Below, one piece after another: positions 20,717 to 29,920 of a stretch of DNA of 64,000 nt. Under the pieces are notes generated by a model, which ran no database searches, had not been told where the DNA came from, and worked only from the letters and a program-made list of their open reading frames with translations. This DNA is from Candidatus Margulisiibacteriota bacterium. Its GTDB lineage: Bacteria; Margulisbacteria; WOR-1; O2-12-FULL-45-9. Every line of letters begins with the position of its first letter. Within the stretch, counting starts at the first letter, position 1. The DNA is taken from positions 32,001 through 96,000 of the forward strand of contig JAYEOW010000029.1 in assembly GCA_034723395.1 (NCBI GenBank), in the 5' to 3' direction. A program made the position numbers and the translations under genes.

Positions 20717-20802
20717 GCCGGGGTGGCGGAATTGGCAGACGCTGCGGACTTAAAATCCGTTTGGACTTAACTCCAGTGCCGGTTCAAATCCGGCCCTCGG
20801 CA
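20717..20802 (+). tRNA. tRNA-Leu(TAA)
   Basis: Cloverleaf GCCGGGG...CCTCGGCA, anticodon loop CT-TAA-AA, long variable arm. Confidence 0.95.
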
Positions 20803-20848
20803 TTTTCCTTTGTCTCTCGCTTCGCTCGAGGCTTCGGAGAATAAAGAG

Positions 20849-22096
20849 CTAAAGCTTAACTTCGAGCACAGTTGGAGTAATCCCCAGAAAAGAAGCGGTC
20901 TTTGCTTTGTCTTTCCCTTTTTCCTCATAGACTTTTTGGATATATTCTTTTTCAAACTTCAAAATAAATTCGCTCCCTGTCCCTTGGGTTGTCCTTAATA
21001 GAACGTCGAGCGGGAGATCTTCTATTTCAACAATCCTTTTGTTCAAGGAAAGGACATAGCGTTCCACCAAGCAGCCAAGTTCTTGTGTGTTTCCCGGCCA
21101 TTGGTATGAAGCTAGCGCTTTAATCGTATCTGGAGAAAATGAGATCTCTTTATCATATTTGTCATTACATTTATTACAGAAATATTTTATTAAAAGCGGG
21201 ATATCTCTATTCCTTTCTCTTAGCGGCGGGATATTAATAACTCTTTCAGAGAAGAGGTCAAAGAGGGGCCGGTTTTTTTCGGCAAGACCAGGCATGGCGC
21301 CTGCGATCAGGCGGGTCTCGATCTCGATCTTGGTCTGGCTCCCATCCCGCGAAAATTCTCCATCCACAATTGCTTGAGAGACGCTGCCCGGTAAGGCTTC
21401 GAGATTGTCAATAAAAAGGGTCCCCGACCTTAATTGTTCAAATAGTCCAGTCTTGCCGGTTAATTCGGCGGTGGTCGATCCTTTCCCCCGGCCAAGAAAA
21501 AGGGCGGTGAGCTCTTTTGAATGAATTAACGATGAGAGGTGGGTTGTCATGAATTGAGCTTTGGAACGGCCCGACATTTCATGGATAATTGAGGCGACGA
21601 TCTCTTTTTCGGTCCCTGGTTCCCCTAAGATCAGAACTTTTTTGTCATCCCTGATCTTGCTGACCGCTTTTTGGATATTATCTAGGCCGACGAGGTCGGC
21701 CCCCTTTTTTTTGATGACAACTTTTTCTTTTTGGATCGACTTTTTACTTAAGATTTGTTCGGTAAGCTTTAAAATATGGTCAACATCAAATGGTTTTACC
21801 ACATAATCACGCGCGCCGATCTTGATCGCTTTACTGGCGTTCTGTACGTCGTTAACCGCGGTTACCATAATCACTTCGAGGTCGGGATCGATCTCGCGGA
21901 CCCGAGTTAAGGTTTCGATCCCGTCCATGCCGGGCATGCGGATATCAAGATAGGCCATGTCCAGTTTTTGGTCAGAGACCGCTTTTAGGGCAGCTTCTCC
22001 GGAAGCGGCTAAAATAACCCTGTACTTTCCTTCGAGGATAAGGGAGAAGGATTCGCGAATTGACAATTCGTCGTCAACGACTAATATACTATGCAT
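20849..22096 (-). CDS. NtrC-like response regulator with a degenerate AAA+ domain
   Basis: Intact REC domain (VVDDE, LDIRMP, KPFD); Walker A GEPGTEKE; no GAFTGA; Walker B DN; C-terminal Fis-type HTH. Confidence 0.85.
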   Translation of the reverse strand: MHSILVVDDELSIRESFSLILEGKYRVILAASGEAALKAVSDQKLDMAYLDIRMPGMDGIETLTRVREIDPDLEVIMVTAVNDVQNASKAIKIGARDYVVKPFDVDHILKLTEQILSKKSIQKEKVVIKKKGADLVGLDNIQKAVSKIRDDKKVLILGEPGTEKEIVASIIHEMSGRSKAQFMTTHLSSLIHSKELTALFLGRGKGSTTAELTGKTGLFEQLRSGTLFIDNLEALPGSVSQAIVDGEFSRDGSQTKIEIETRLIAGAMPGLAEKNRPLFDLFSERVINIPPLRERNRDIPLLIKYFCNKCNDKYDKEISFSPDTIKALASYQWPGNTQELGCLVERYVLSLNKRIVEIEDLPLDVLLRTTQGTGSEFILKFEKEYIQKVYEEKGKDKAKTASFLGITPTVLEVKL

Positions 22097-22424
22097 GTGA
22101 AAAACGATCGATAATAATTAGTGCTTGTTTCCTTAGTTCGGCATCATCCAAGACGCCGCGGGTGATCGTGCTGATCATCTGTTTTGCTCCCTGTGCTGCG
22201 ACCAGGGATGCGCCAAATTCAGCGGCTACCGCCATCCTTACGATCTTCCCGACCGCTTGTTCAATGGTGTCTTCTTTGTGGAGCTCTTTCTCGAGCCCTT
22301 TTTCAAAAAGCTCTAACTTTTCAAGGTCTTTTTGCTCCAGCTCTTCACTGGCATTTTTTCCTAAAATTAAAGGGAGCAGCTTTCTGCTTGGGGTCCATTC
22401 ACCTTTTCTAATTTGTGTTTTCAT
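22089..22424 (-). CDS. Hypothetical helical protein
   Basis: GGAGG Shine-Dalgarno before the ATG at 22424; overlaps the start of the downstream gene. Confidence 0.7.
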   Translation of the reverse strand: MKTQIRKGEWTPSRKLLPLILGKNASEELEQKDLEKLELFEKGLEKELHKEDTIEQAVGKIVRMAVAAEFGASLVAAQGAKQMISTITRGVLDDAELRKQALIIIDRFSHA

Positions 22425-22466
22425 TTTAATTACCTCCAATCTATTTGTTAATGCTATCTTATAAGG

Positions 22467-22483
22467 AGCAATTATATTACCAA
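22467..22483 (-). promoter_or_regulatory. Putative sigma54 -24/-12 promoter
   Basis: Minus strand TTGGTAATATAATTGCT is GG-N10-GC with TTGC at -12; it lies next to rpoN and ntrC. Confidence 0.65.
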
Positions 22484-22549
22484 GATTTTAGCCTGCTTTT
22501 GGCTACTTTAGCACAAAAAGTGGGGCAAATCAATCGGAAGACGCACTTG

Positions 22550-23938
22550 TTAGTGTGCGTTTTTACGTGCTTTTCTTTCGAGGTTGATCAAGGTATTACG
22601 GTGAACGCCGAGGAGTTTGGCTGCTTCCCCTTTTCTTCCTCCCGTTTTATTAAGGACTTTCTTAATAAAATCGGCCTCAAATTTCATGACCGCTTCTGAT
22701 AGGGTCGCTTCGCCAGAAGCTGTTTCACCGATCAATTCACCGGTTATTTCGGGCGGTATATGTTCGGTGCCGATCTGATCATCTTTGCTCAAAACAGCAA
22801 AGCGCTCGATCAAGTTCTCAAGCTCCCGGACATTTCCCGGCCAATCATAATCGATCAGCATCTGCATTGCCTCTTTCTTTATCATTTTAATCTTTTTTCC
22901 AAATTTATGGTTACATTTGTTAAGGAAATGGTTGGCTAGGAGAGGGATGTCTTCTTTCCTGTCGGTTAATGCCGGCAGATGGATAGGGATGACGTTTAAC
23001 CGGTAATAAAGGTCTTTTCTGAACTTATAATTTTTGATCGCCTTGTGGAGGTCAGAATTCGTAGCAGAGATGATCCGCACATCGACCGGGGTTGGATAAC
23101 CGGCGCCAATCCTTTCGATCTCTTTTTCCTGGATCGCGCGCAAAATTTTAGCCTGCATGGGAAGCGGCAGCGAGCCAATCTCGTCCAGAAAAAGGGTCCC
23201 GCCATTGGCGATCTCGAATTTTCCGATCTGCCTTTCGGTCGCGCCGGTAAAGGAACCGCGTTCGTGGCCGAAGAGTTCTGATTCTAGCAGGTTTTCAGGG
23301 ATTGCCGCACAATTAACAGCGACAAAAAGTTTTTCAACACGCGGGCTTCGGTTATGGATGGCATGGGCGACTAGCTCTTTGCCGGTCCCCGATTCGCCAG
23401 TGATCAATATAGTGGCATTGCTCTTAGCGACATCATCGATGACCTTGAAAACTTCACGGATCTCCTTACTTTTGCCGACGATCTTTTCGAATTGGTAATC
23501 CTGCTCGATCAGTTTTCGGAGGGTGATATTTTCTTGGAGCAGCGACTTTTTCTCCAGCGCTTTCTCAACCTGTTCCTGTAGCGCGTCGATATCGAACGGT
23601 TTAGTTACGTAATCGTAGGCGCCGAGGCGGATTGCCTGCACCGCTTTTTTAACCATTACCACTGCAGTGACCATAATAACTTCAATCGACTTATCGATCC
23701 CCTTAATGATCTTTAAAATCTCAATGCCGTCAATCTCGGGCATGCGGATATCTAAGAGAACTAGATCGATCGGGTGGTTCTTTACCGTTTCAACCGCGTC
23801 TTTGCCTGATTTGGCAATATGCACATTGTAGCTGTTTTTTAAAAGCATCTGCATCGAATCGCGCATGCTTTTTTCGTCATCGACGATTAAAAGATTTGCT
23901 CTCTTACCCTTTTTCTTGCTTTTTCTTTTCTTCTTCAT
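22550..23938 (-). CDS. Sigma54-dependent response regulator (NtrC/AtoC/ZraR family)
   Basis: REC domain, GESGTGKE, ELFGHERGSFTGA, LDEIG, FRKDLYYRL, WPGNVREL, HTH. Confidence 0.95.
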   Translation of the reverse strand: MKKKRKSKKKGKRANLLIVDDEKSMRDSMQMLLKNSYNVHIAKSGKDAVETVKNHPIDLVLLDIRMPEIDGIEILKIIKGIDKSIEVIMVTAVVMVKKAVQAIRLGAYDYVTKPFDIDALQEQVEKALEKKSLLQENITLRKLIEQDYQFEKIVGKSKEIREVFKVIDDVAKSNATILITGESGTGKELVAHAIHNRSPRVEKLFVAVNCAAIPENLLESELFGHERGSFTGATERQIGKFEIANGGTLFLDEIGSLPLPMQAKILRAIQEKEIERIGAGYPTPVDVRIISATNSDLHKAIKNYKFRKDLYYRLNVIPIHLPALTDRKEDIPLLANHFLNKCNHKFGKKIKMIKKEAMQMLIDYDWPGNVRELENLIERFAVLSKDDQIGTEHIPPEITGELIGETASGEATLSEAVMKFEADFIKKVLNKTGGRKGEAAKLLGVHRNTLINLERKARKNAH

Positions 23939-25278
23939 ATTTTTTTTCGCTCACTATAAGGAAGGATCTTCAGCTCTTTCCTGTAGTAGGCGACAGTGCG
24001 CCGATCGATCCCTGCTCCTTTTTTCTTGAGCTCCTCGGTTAGTTGGCTGTCCGATAACGGATCCTCCGGTGCTTCATTTTTTACACACTCAACCAGGAGT
24101 GACTTCATTCTTGCCACAGTCATCCCTCTTGGTCCCCGCGGGCAGAGGAACTTTAATTGATAAAGCCCCTGTGGGGTCTGGATATACTTCTGGGCAATAC
24201 TACGGGATATAGTCGAAGGATGCAATCCGAATCCATCGGCCAGGTCCTTCTGTGCCAAAGGGTTCAGCCAGGTAATCCCCCGGCTTAAAAAGTCCTCTTG
24301 GGTCTCAACTATTTTTCGGACAATTTTCCCCATAGTTTCACTTCTTTTACCAAAATCCTCGATCAGATTTTTGGCTTTTTTAAGCTTTTCCCTGAGGAAT
24401 GTTTTGGTTTCTTCATCGGTTTTGGGATCTTCGAGCATCTTGATATATTGGGGGGATAAATTGATCTTTGGCCCATAACGGGTTTCAAGCGCAATTATCT
24501 TATATCCTTTTTTATCCTTTTCAACCGCGAATGAGGGGATAACATGTTTGGTCTCTCCGCCAAAAGCTGCCGCAGGATTAGGGTGCAGGTTAGTTTTGAT
24601 AAACTCGGCGATCTCTTTTACTCCGGTTTCGGGGATCCCTAAAGCTTTTGAAACCTTGTTGAACTTTTCTTCGCTAATGTCTTCGAGATGTTTGTCGATT
24701 GCCCGGGTGAGCAGGTTTTCTAGCGCTTCATTCTCAAAATTGAATTCGCTAATCTGTATTAGCAGGCATTCCCTGAGGTTGCGGGCCCCGACCCCTTCAG
24801 GCTCAAAACTTTGCACGATCTTTAATATTTTATCGACGGTAGGGCGGGATATGTCATGTTTTTTCATGATCCGATCGCGTAGTTTTGGGTAATTGACCAC
24901 ATAGCCAAAATCATCGATGTTCTCGATGATCTCTTTAGCGATCTCTTTTTGCGGCGATTCGAGATCTTCGAGTTCGAGTTGGTCCAGCAAATGTTCTTCC
25001 AGTGTTTTTTCGACGTTTCCCACATTTTCGAGTCCGGGCAAATCTTTAAAGTCGGCCCCTTTTTTGATTTCTTTATCAGAGGTGAGATAGCGGATGTATT
25101 CAAGATATTCATCCTGGCACTCCACTTCTAAAACCGGATTTTCTTCGGCCTCTTTAACGATATGTTCGACCAGCTCCATATAGGGGACGCTCAAAACCTT
25201 GAGCATCTGGAGCATTCTGGGGGATAAAAGCAGCTCCAGGCTCTGTTTGAGACCCTGTTGAAGGTGAAGGTCAATCAT
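23935..25278 (-). CDS. rpoN: RNA polymerase sigma-54 factor
   Basis: EENPVLE, FEPEGVGARNLRECL, LHPSTISR, PLSD and RpoN box DRRTVAYYR. Confidence 0.93.
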   Translation of the reverse strand: MIDLHLQQGLKQSLELLLSPRMLQMLKVLSVPYMELVEHIVKEAEENPVLEVECQDEYLEYIRYLTSDKEIKKGADFKDLPGLENVGNVEKTLEEHLLDQLELEDLESPQKEIAKEIIENIDDFGYVVNYPKLRDRIMKKHDISRPTVDKILKIVQSFEPEGVGARNLRECLLIQISEFNFENEALENLLTRAIDKHLEDISEEKFNKVSKALGIPETGVKEIAEFIKTNLHPNPAAAFGGETKHVIPSFAVEKDKKGYKIIALETRYGPKINLSPQYIKMLEDPKTDEETKTFLREKLKKAKNLIEDFGKRSETMGKIVRKIVETQEDFLSRGITWLNPLAQKDLADGFGLHPSTISRSIAQKYIQTPQGLYQLKFLCPRGPRGMTVARMKSLLVECVKNEAPEDPLSDSQLTEELKKKGAGIDRRTVAYYRKELKILPYSERKKI

Positions 25279-25299
25279 GCTACAATTATAGCACAACAT

Positions 25300-25373
25300 C
25301 GCGGGGTGGAGCAGTCTGGTAGCTCGTCAGGCTCATAACCTGAAGGCCGTGGGTTCAAATCCCACCCCCGCTA
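25300..25373 (+). tRNA. tRNA-fMet(CAT), initiator type
   Basis: CGCGGGG...CCCCGCTA with unpaired 1:72; anticodon loop CT-CAT-AA. Confidence 0.92.
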
Positions 25374-25629
25374 AGTTTCTTTTTCCTACGTTTATCTATC
25401 AGTTTTCATTTGGGTTCTCCCGTCGCACATTATTATAATATTTTAATCTTTGTATTTAAGCTGCGGCTTACTGGTCTGCAATTGACGGGTAATTTTTACT
25501 AAATTTGTGCTTTGACTATTTAAAAGATTGATGTATAATGATTAGTGTACAGGGATATATAATACTAAATATACAACAATGTACAGTGCCAATATACAAA
25601 TAAATTACGGAGGGAGAATAAATTATTCT

Positions 25630-25983
25630 GTGAGTCTTGTAGAGCGAATGGCGGAGTCTATGATCGAACAGATGAGCAAAAAAGAGAGAGAAGAGCTTTT
25701 TTGTGATATGACGAAGAAGTTCTGTTCGGAAATGGGAGAAGAGGGGCTGCAGAAGATCATGGAAAAGGTGCTTTTCGATATGGGGCCGAAGGACAAGCAT
25801 AGTTTGGTGGAAAAGTTTTTCATGGATATGCCGATGGAGGAAAAAGAGCTTGTTATTGATAGTTTTTTTTCCAACATGTCAAAAGAAGATAAAGAAAAAA
25901 TAATAAATACTATTTTAAAAGATGTGCAGGATGTAGTGGCCAGGAAAAATAGAGAAAAGTCTGGAAAGGGACCCGGGCGGTAA
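25630..25983 (+). CDS. Hypothetical Met/Glu-rich helical-repeat protein
   Basis: GGAGGGA Shine-Dalgarno before GTG; about 16-aa repeats of M(S/G/P)x(E/K)(D/E)K type. Confidence 0.6.
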   Translation: MSLVERMAESMIEQMSKKEREELFCDMTKKFCSEMGEEGLQKIMEKVLFDMGPKDKHSLVEKFFMDMPMEEKELVIDSFFSNMSKEDKEKIINTILKDVQDVVARKNREKSGKGPGR

Positions 25984-26056
25984 GGCTATTCAAGCAGGAC
26001 GGCTGACACACAGGAAATAGGCAGCCGGGAACAGGCGGCTGAAAGGAAATGGTTGA

Positions 26057-26566
26057 GTGAAAAAACTGATAGTTTTTCTTATACTTCTGATTGCCGTTAT
26101 ATTTTTAGTGAAATACCAGCCTGTAAAAAATAAGCCCTCGGATGAACAGATAAGATCAGACGTGAGATTTGATAGAAAATACGAACAACTGCTCGATGTT
26201 AAAGTAAAAGGGGTCCGCATCAAGGATAATCTGGCACAGGCTTTTGTTGAAGTTAAAACCGGTTTAATCAAAAGCATCGGTTTATTTGGTGTGATGAGCA
26301 AAGAAGAAAATCCACGCGTATGGCGCCTAGCAAAGAAATATTTTTACTTCCTGGATAGCAGGTCGCATTCCCGGCCAGTATCAGTAGAGGCAGATAATAA
26401 ATCGAACGTTAATGACGCCGTCAAGGTGGAAACTAATGAAGATTTTGTTTTTTATTATGTCAAGACCGATAGGGGTTGGGCAAAGATCAGGACCATGGGA
26501 ATTAATAATTTCCTGCAAAAAACATTTGGAACACAAGCAATTTTAAATGAAAAGGAGGTGAAATGA
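26057..26566 (+). CDS. Hypothetical exported or membrane-anchored protein
   Basis: N-terminal basic residues followed by a hydrophobic segment. Confidence 0.65.
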   Translation: MKKLIVFLILLIAVIFLVKYQPVKNKPSDEQIRSDVRFDRKYEQLLDVKVKGVRIKDNLAQAFVEVKTGLIKSIGLFGVMSKEENPRVWRLAKKYFYFLDSRSHSRPVSVEADNKSNVNDAVKVETNEDFVFYYVKTDRGWAKIRTMGINNFLQKTFGTQAILNEKEVK

Positions 26567-26567
26567 G

Positions 26568-26876
26568 ATGGTAGTTGATTATCTAAAGAAGGGCGTCTTG
26601 GTTGGTCTTGGAGTGAGCTCGATGATAAAGGAAAGAGCGGAAAAAGAATTCGAGAAGATGCAGAAAGACGGCGAATCAGATATCGAAGAGGGGAAAAAGC
26701 TTGTTACGGAATGGATAGAGAGCGCAGAGAAGCAGAATGAGGAATTCCAGAAAAGAGCAGAAGCGGAAGTACAGAAAGTTTTAGAGAGTTTTCCTCTTGC
26801 CACAAAAAAAGATATTGATTCGATTAAAGATGAGCTTAAAGGGTCCCAGGGCAAGCGATCCAAAAAGGACGCGTAG
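26568..26876 (+). CDS. Phasin-like (PHA granule-associated family) protein
   Basis: LVGLG...KERAEK...EEGKKLV...LATKKDID pattern; precedes an ABC1 kinase. Confidence 0.75.
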   Translation: MVVDYLKKGVLVGLGVSSMIKERAEKEFEKMQKDGESDIEEGKKLVTEWIESAEKQNEEFQKRAEAEVQKVLESFPLATKKDIDSIKDELKGSQGKRSKKDA

Positions 26877-26904
26877 GTTTTACTGATCAGTAAAAAAATC
26901 TTTA

Positions 26905-26941
26905 ATGGCTGGCTGCCTAAACAAGCAGTCAGCCATGTTTT
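26905..26941 (+). terminator. Intergenic stem-loop (terminator or stabiliser)
   Basis: ATGGCTGGCTGC-loop-GCAGTCAGCCAT followed by GTTTT. Confidence 0.5.
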
Positions 26942-26954
26942 CTGAAGGGTAAAA

Positions 26955-28646
26955 ATGAGATTAAGCAGGTTTAAATCTAGAAAAGAGCATTTTGAAAGAA
27001 TAGCGGAAATAACCCGGGTTTTGGCGAAGTACGGGTTTGGCTATTTTTTTGACCGCATTCAGGCCAGAAAAGAATCCATCTTTTCGAAAAACAAAGAGAG
27101 AATTTCTCGTTCGCGGGAAGAATTCAATGCCTCTGTTCCTCGAAGGATAAGAATGGCCCTGGAAGAATTAGGGTCTACTGCCATTAAGTTTGGCCAGATC
27201 ATGAGCACTAGAGAAGACCTGGTCGGCGAAGAATTTGCTAAAGAGTTGTCTTTGCTCCACGATAACGCGGACCCTCTCCCCTACAAAATGGTAAAGTTGG
27301 TGATCGAAGCGGAATTTTCCTGTCCGCTAGATTTACTCTTTGCAAAATTCGACGAGGAACCTTTAGCAAGCGCTTCTTTAGCCCAGGTCCACAAAGCGGT
27401 CTTGGAGAATGGGGACACAGTTGCGGTAAAAGTTCAGAGGCCGGGGGTCATCCAGCAGGTCAAGGGGGATGTGGCCATTTTGCGTTACTTTGCAAAATTG
27501 GTTGACAAATATTCCCTAAGCTCAAAATATTTCCGGACAAATATGAGGAAGATTGTCCTGGAATACGAGCGGACAGTCTTAAAAGAGCTGGATTTTATCC
27601 ACGAAAAAATGAATATCAGGAAGTTCGCGGATAATTTTTCCTCGGACGAAGGGATCTGTGTGCCTGATGTCTACGACGATTATTCGACCAAGCGGGTTTT
27701 GACCATGAAATTTATGGAGGGGGTTAAGATCAGCGAGCTGGAGAAGTCGGGGATTGAATATAATCGGCAGGTTTTAGCCCAAAGGTCCACCGATAGTTAT
27801 TTAAAGCAGATCTTGATCCATGGTTTTTATCACGCCGATCCCCATCCCGGGAATATCCTTGTTATGGAGAACAATGTAATTGGGTATATTGATTTTGGGA
27901 TGATGGGGCACACCGATAAGGATTTTGTCGACGACCTTGTGCAGGCGATTTTCTTTATGCTGGATTTTGATGTCAGCAGCCTGCTTGGCCATTTTACAAA
28001 TATGGGCTTGCTTAACGACAAAGTTAATTTAGAAGTTTTTAAGTACGATTGCATGGACCTTATGAGCCGTTATAACGGCTGCAAGATGAGCGACATAGAT
28101 TTTGCCGAGGTAACGAATAAATATGTAATACTTTTTTCCAGGCACCACGTTAATTTGCCGCGGGAAATGGTCCTTTTATCCAGGAGCTTAATGCTGATGC
28201 AGAATATCGCAGGGACGCTTGATCCGGAGTTCGACGCTCAGCAGGTTTTTAAGCCTTACGTCGGGGAGATCTTGCAGAGAAGAAGAGGTTTTAAAAAGTT
28301 TATTAAATTGATTGAGGGGAATGTTTTTGAGTTCGAGCATTTTCTAAAGACTTTACCGCAAAGTATAAAGAAGGTTTTAAAAAACCTGGAAGATGGAAAA
28401 GTTAACGTGGCGCTCTCTTCCGATAGCCTCGACAGGTTGTCTGATAAATCTGCCGCTTCGAGTAATAAAATTGCCGTAGCAATGGTCGTTTCTTCCCTGG
28501 TAATTGGCTCTTCAGTTGCTTTATTAAGCAATAAGGGGCCATACCTTTTTGGCCTCCCCCTTGTTGGAGTTGCAGGATTGGCGGTTAGCGGACTGGTTGG
28601 CATGGGTTTATATGTTCTGATAATGAAACCAAAAGATAGATCCTGA
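26955..28646 (+). CDS. AarF/ABC1/UbiB atypical kinase family
   Basis: IKFGQ, ASASLAQVH, VAVKVQRP, HADPHPGN and DFGM motifs; C-terminal TM helices. Confidence 0.93.
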   Translation: MRLSRFKSRKEHFERIAEITRVLAKYGFGYFFDRIQARKESIFSKNKERISRSREEFNASVPRRIRMALEELGSTAIKFGQIMSTREDLVGEEFAKELSLLHDNADPLPYKMVKLVIEAEFSCPLDLLFAKFDEEPLASASLAQVHKAVLENGDTVAVKVQRPGVIQQVKGDVAILRYFAKLVDKYSLSSKYFRTNMRKIVLEYERTVLKELDFIHEKMNIRKFADNFSSDEGICVPDVYDDYSTKRVLTMKFMEGVKISELEKSGIEYNRQVLAQRSTDSYLKQILIHGFYHADPHPGNILVMENNVIGYIDFGMMGHTDKDFVDDLVQAIFFMLDFDVSSLLGHFTNMGLLNDKVNLEVFKYDCMDLMSRYNGCKMSDIDFAEVTNKYVILFSRHHVNLPREMVLLSRSLMLMQNIAGTLDPEFDAQQVFKPYVGEILQRRRGFKKFIKLIEGNVFEFEHFLKTLPQSIKKVLKNLEDGKVNVALSSDSLDRLSDKSAASSNKIAVAMVVSSLVIGSSVALLSNKGPYLFGLPLVGVAGLAVSGLVGMGLYVLIMKPKDRS

Positions 28647-28659
28647 TTATCCTAGCTGT

Positions 28660-29916
28660 TTACCTAACCGGTGTCTCCGCGGCTTGCTTTCCTGCTAAGT
28701 ACCCGGTGCTCCAGCACATTTGCAGGTTAAACCCGCCGGTTGGGCCGTTCAGATCGATAATTTCCCCTGCAAAATAGAGGTTTTTGATCAGTTTTGACCG
28801 CATCGTCTTAGGTTCGATCTCTTTAAGGTTGATGCCACCCGCAGTTGCAATGGCCCGTTCAAAACCCAGCAGGGATCTAACTTTTAAGGTCATTTCCTTT
28901 AGCAGATGAAGCAGCTTATTTCTTTCCTCTTTTGTGATTGCGTTGACCTTTTTATCCGGATCGATCCCGGACAATTTAATGGCTACCGGGATCAATTTCT
29001 GTGGCAGCAATTTGTCTAAGCTGTTTTTAAACATCTTGTTGCTTATGGCGAGCCAGTCGCGCTGGATCCGGCTGTCTAATTTGGGGAATTCCAAAGCTGG
29101 TTTAAAGTCGAGACTTAATTCAACTTCGCCATGTTCCAGGAGTTCACCGATCTTCTGGCTCATGTCTAAAATGATCGGACCGCTTAAACCATCATGCGTG
29201 AATATCGCTTCACCAAAGCGCTCATCTCTTTTTTTACCATGCTGGTAAACGCTTATCCGGGCGTTTTTTAGGCTTAAACCTTCAAGGTCTTTGGCCCAGG
29301 ATTCTTTGGTGCGAACTGGAACTAACGAAGGCTGGGGATCGATGATCTTATGGCCAAGCGTCCCGGCCCAGGCATAACCATCACCGCTTGAGCCGGTCGA
29401 GGGCGCCGCTTTGCCGCCGGTGGTGACGACAAATTTGTTCGCGCTAAAATCTCCCTGGGAAGTTTTTACTTTTTCGATCGCCTTGCCCTTGGTCACCAGC
29501 TTGTGCACAGCGCAATTAGTGATTATTTTTACTTTTTTTTCTTTTAACCAATCAACTAAGGCTTGGAGCACATCGCTCGCCCGGTCGCTGACCGGGAAGA
29601 TCCGTTGACCGCGCTCAACCTTGGTGGCTACGCCGCGCTGATTAAAGAAGTCGATCGTATCCTGAACACTAAATTTGTGGAAAGCCGAGTAAAGGAACTT
29701 ACCGTTTTTGCCAAAGGATTCGATAATCGTCGCTGGATCCGTTTCTGCCGTAGTAATATTGCAACGGCCTTTGCCGGAAATCAGCAGTTTTTTACCCGGA
29801 CGCTCGTTTTTTTCCAGCAAAACAACCTTTGCGCCGCACTCGGCAGCTACGCCCGCGGCCATCAATCCGGCCGGCCCGCCGCCGATTATTACTAGATCAA
29901 AGTGTTGATTGGTCAT
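28660..29916 (-). CDS. HI0933/BaiN-family flavoprotein
   Basis: GGGPAG, KLLISGKGRCN and GEIIDLNGPTGGFNLQ motifs. Confidence 0.93.
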   Translation of the reverse strand: MTNQHFDLVIIGGGPAGLMAAGVAAECGAKVVLLEKNERPGKKLLISGKGRCNITTAETDPATIIESFGKNGKFLYSAFHKFSVQDTIDFFNQRGVATKVERGQRIFPVSDRASDVLQALVDWLKEKKVKIITNCAVHKLVTKGKAIEKVKTSQGDFSANKFVVTTGGKAAPSTGSSGDGYAWAGTLGHKIIDPQPSLVPVRTKESWAKDLEGLSLKNARISVYQHGKKRDERFGEAIFTHDGLSGPIILDMSQKIGELLEHGEVELSLDFKPALEFPKLDSRIQRDWLAISNKMFKNSLDKLLPQKLIPVAIKLSGIDPDKKVNAITKEERNKLLHLLKEMTLKVRSLLGFERAIATAGGINLKEIEPKTMRSKLIKNLYFAGEIIDLNGPTGGFNLQMCWSTGYLAGKQAAETPVR

Positions 29917-29920
29917 GAGG

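Noticed and set aside
22510..22528. NtrC-type enhancer (TGCCCCACTTTTTGTGCT on the minus strand)
   Set aside because: Imperfect dyad only about 30 bp from the -24 element, closer than typical enhancers; not supportable without data.
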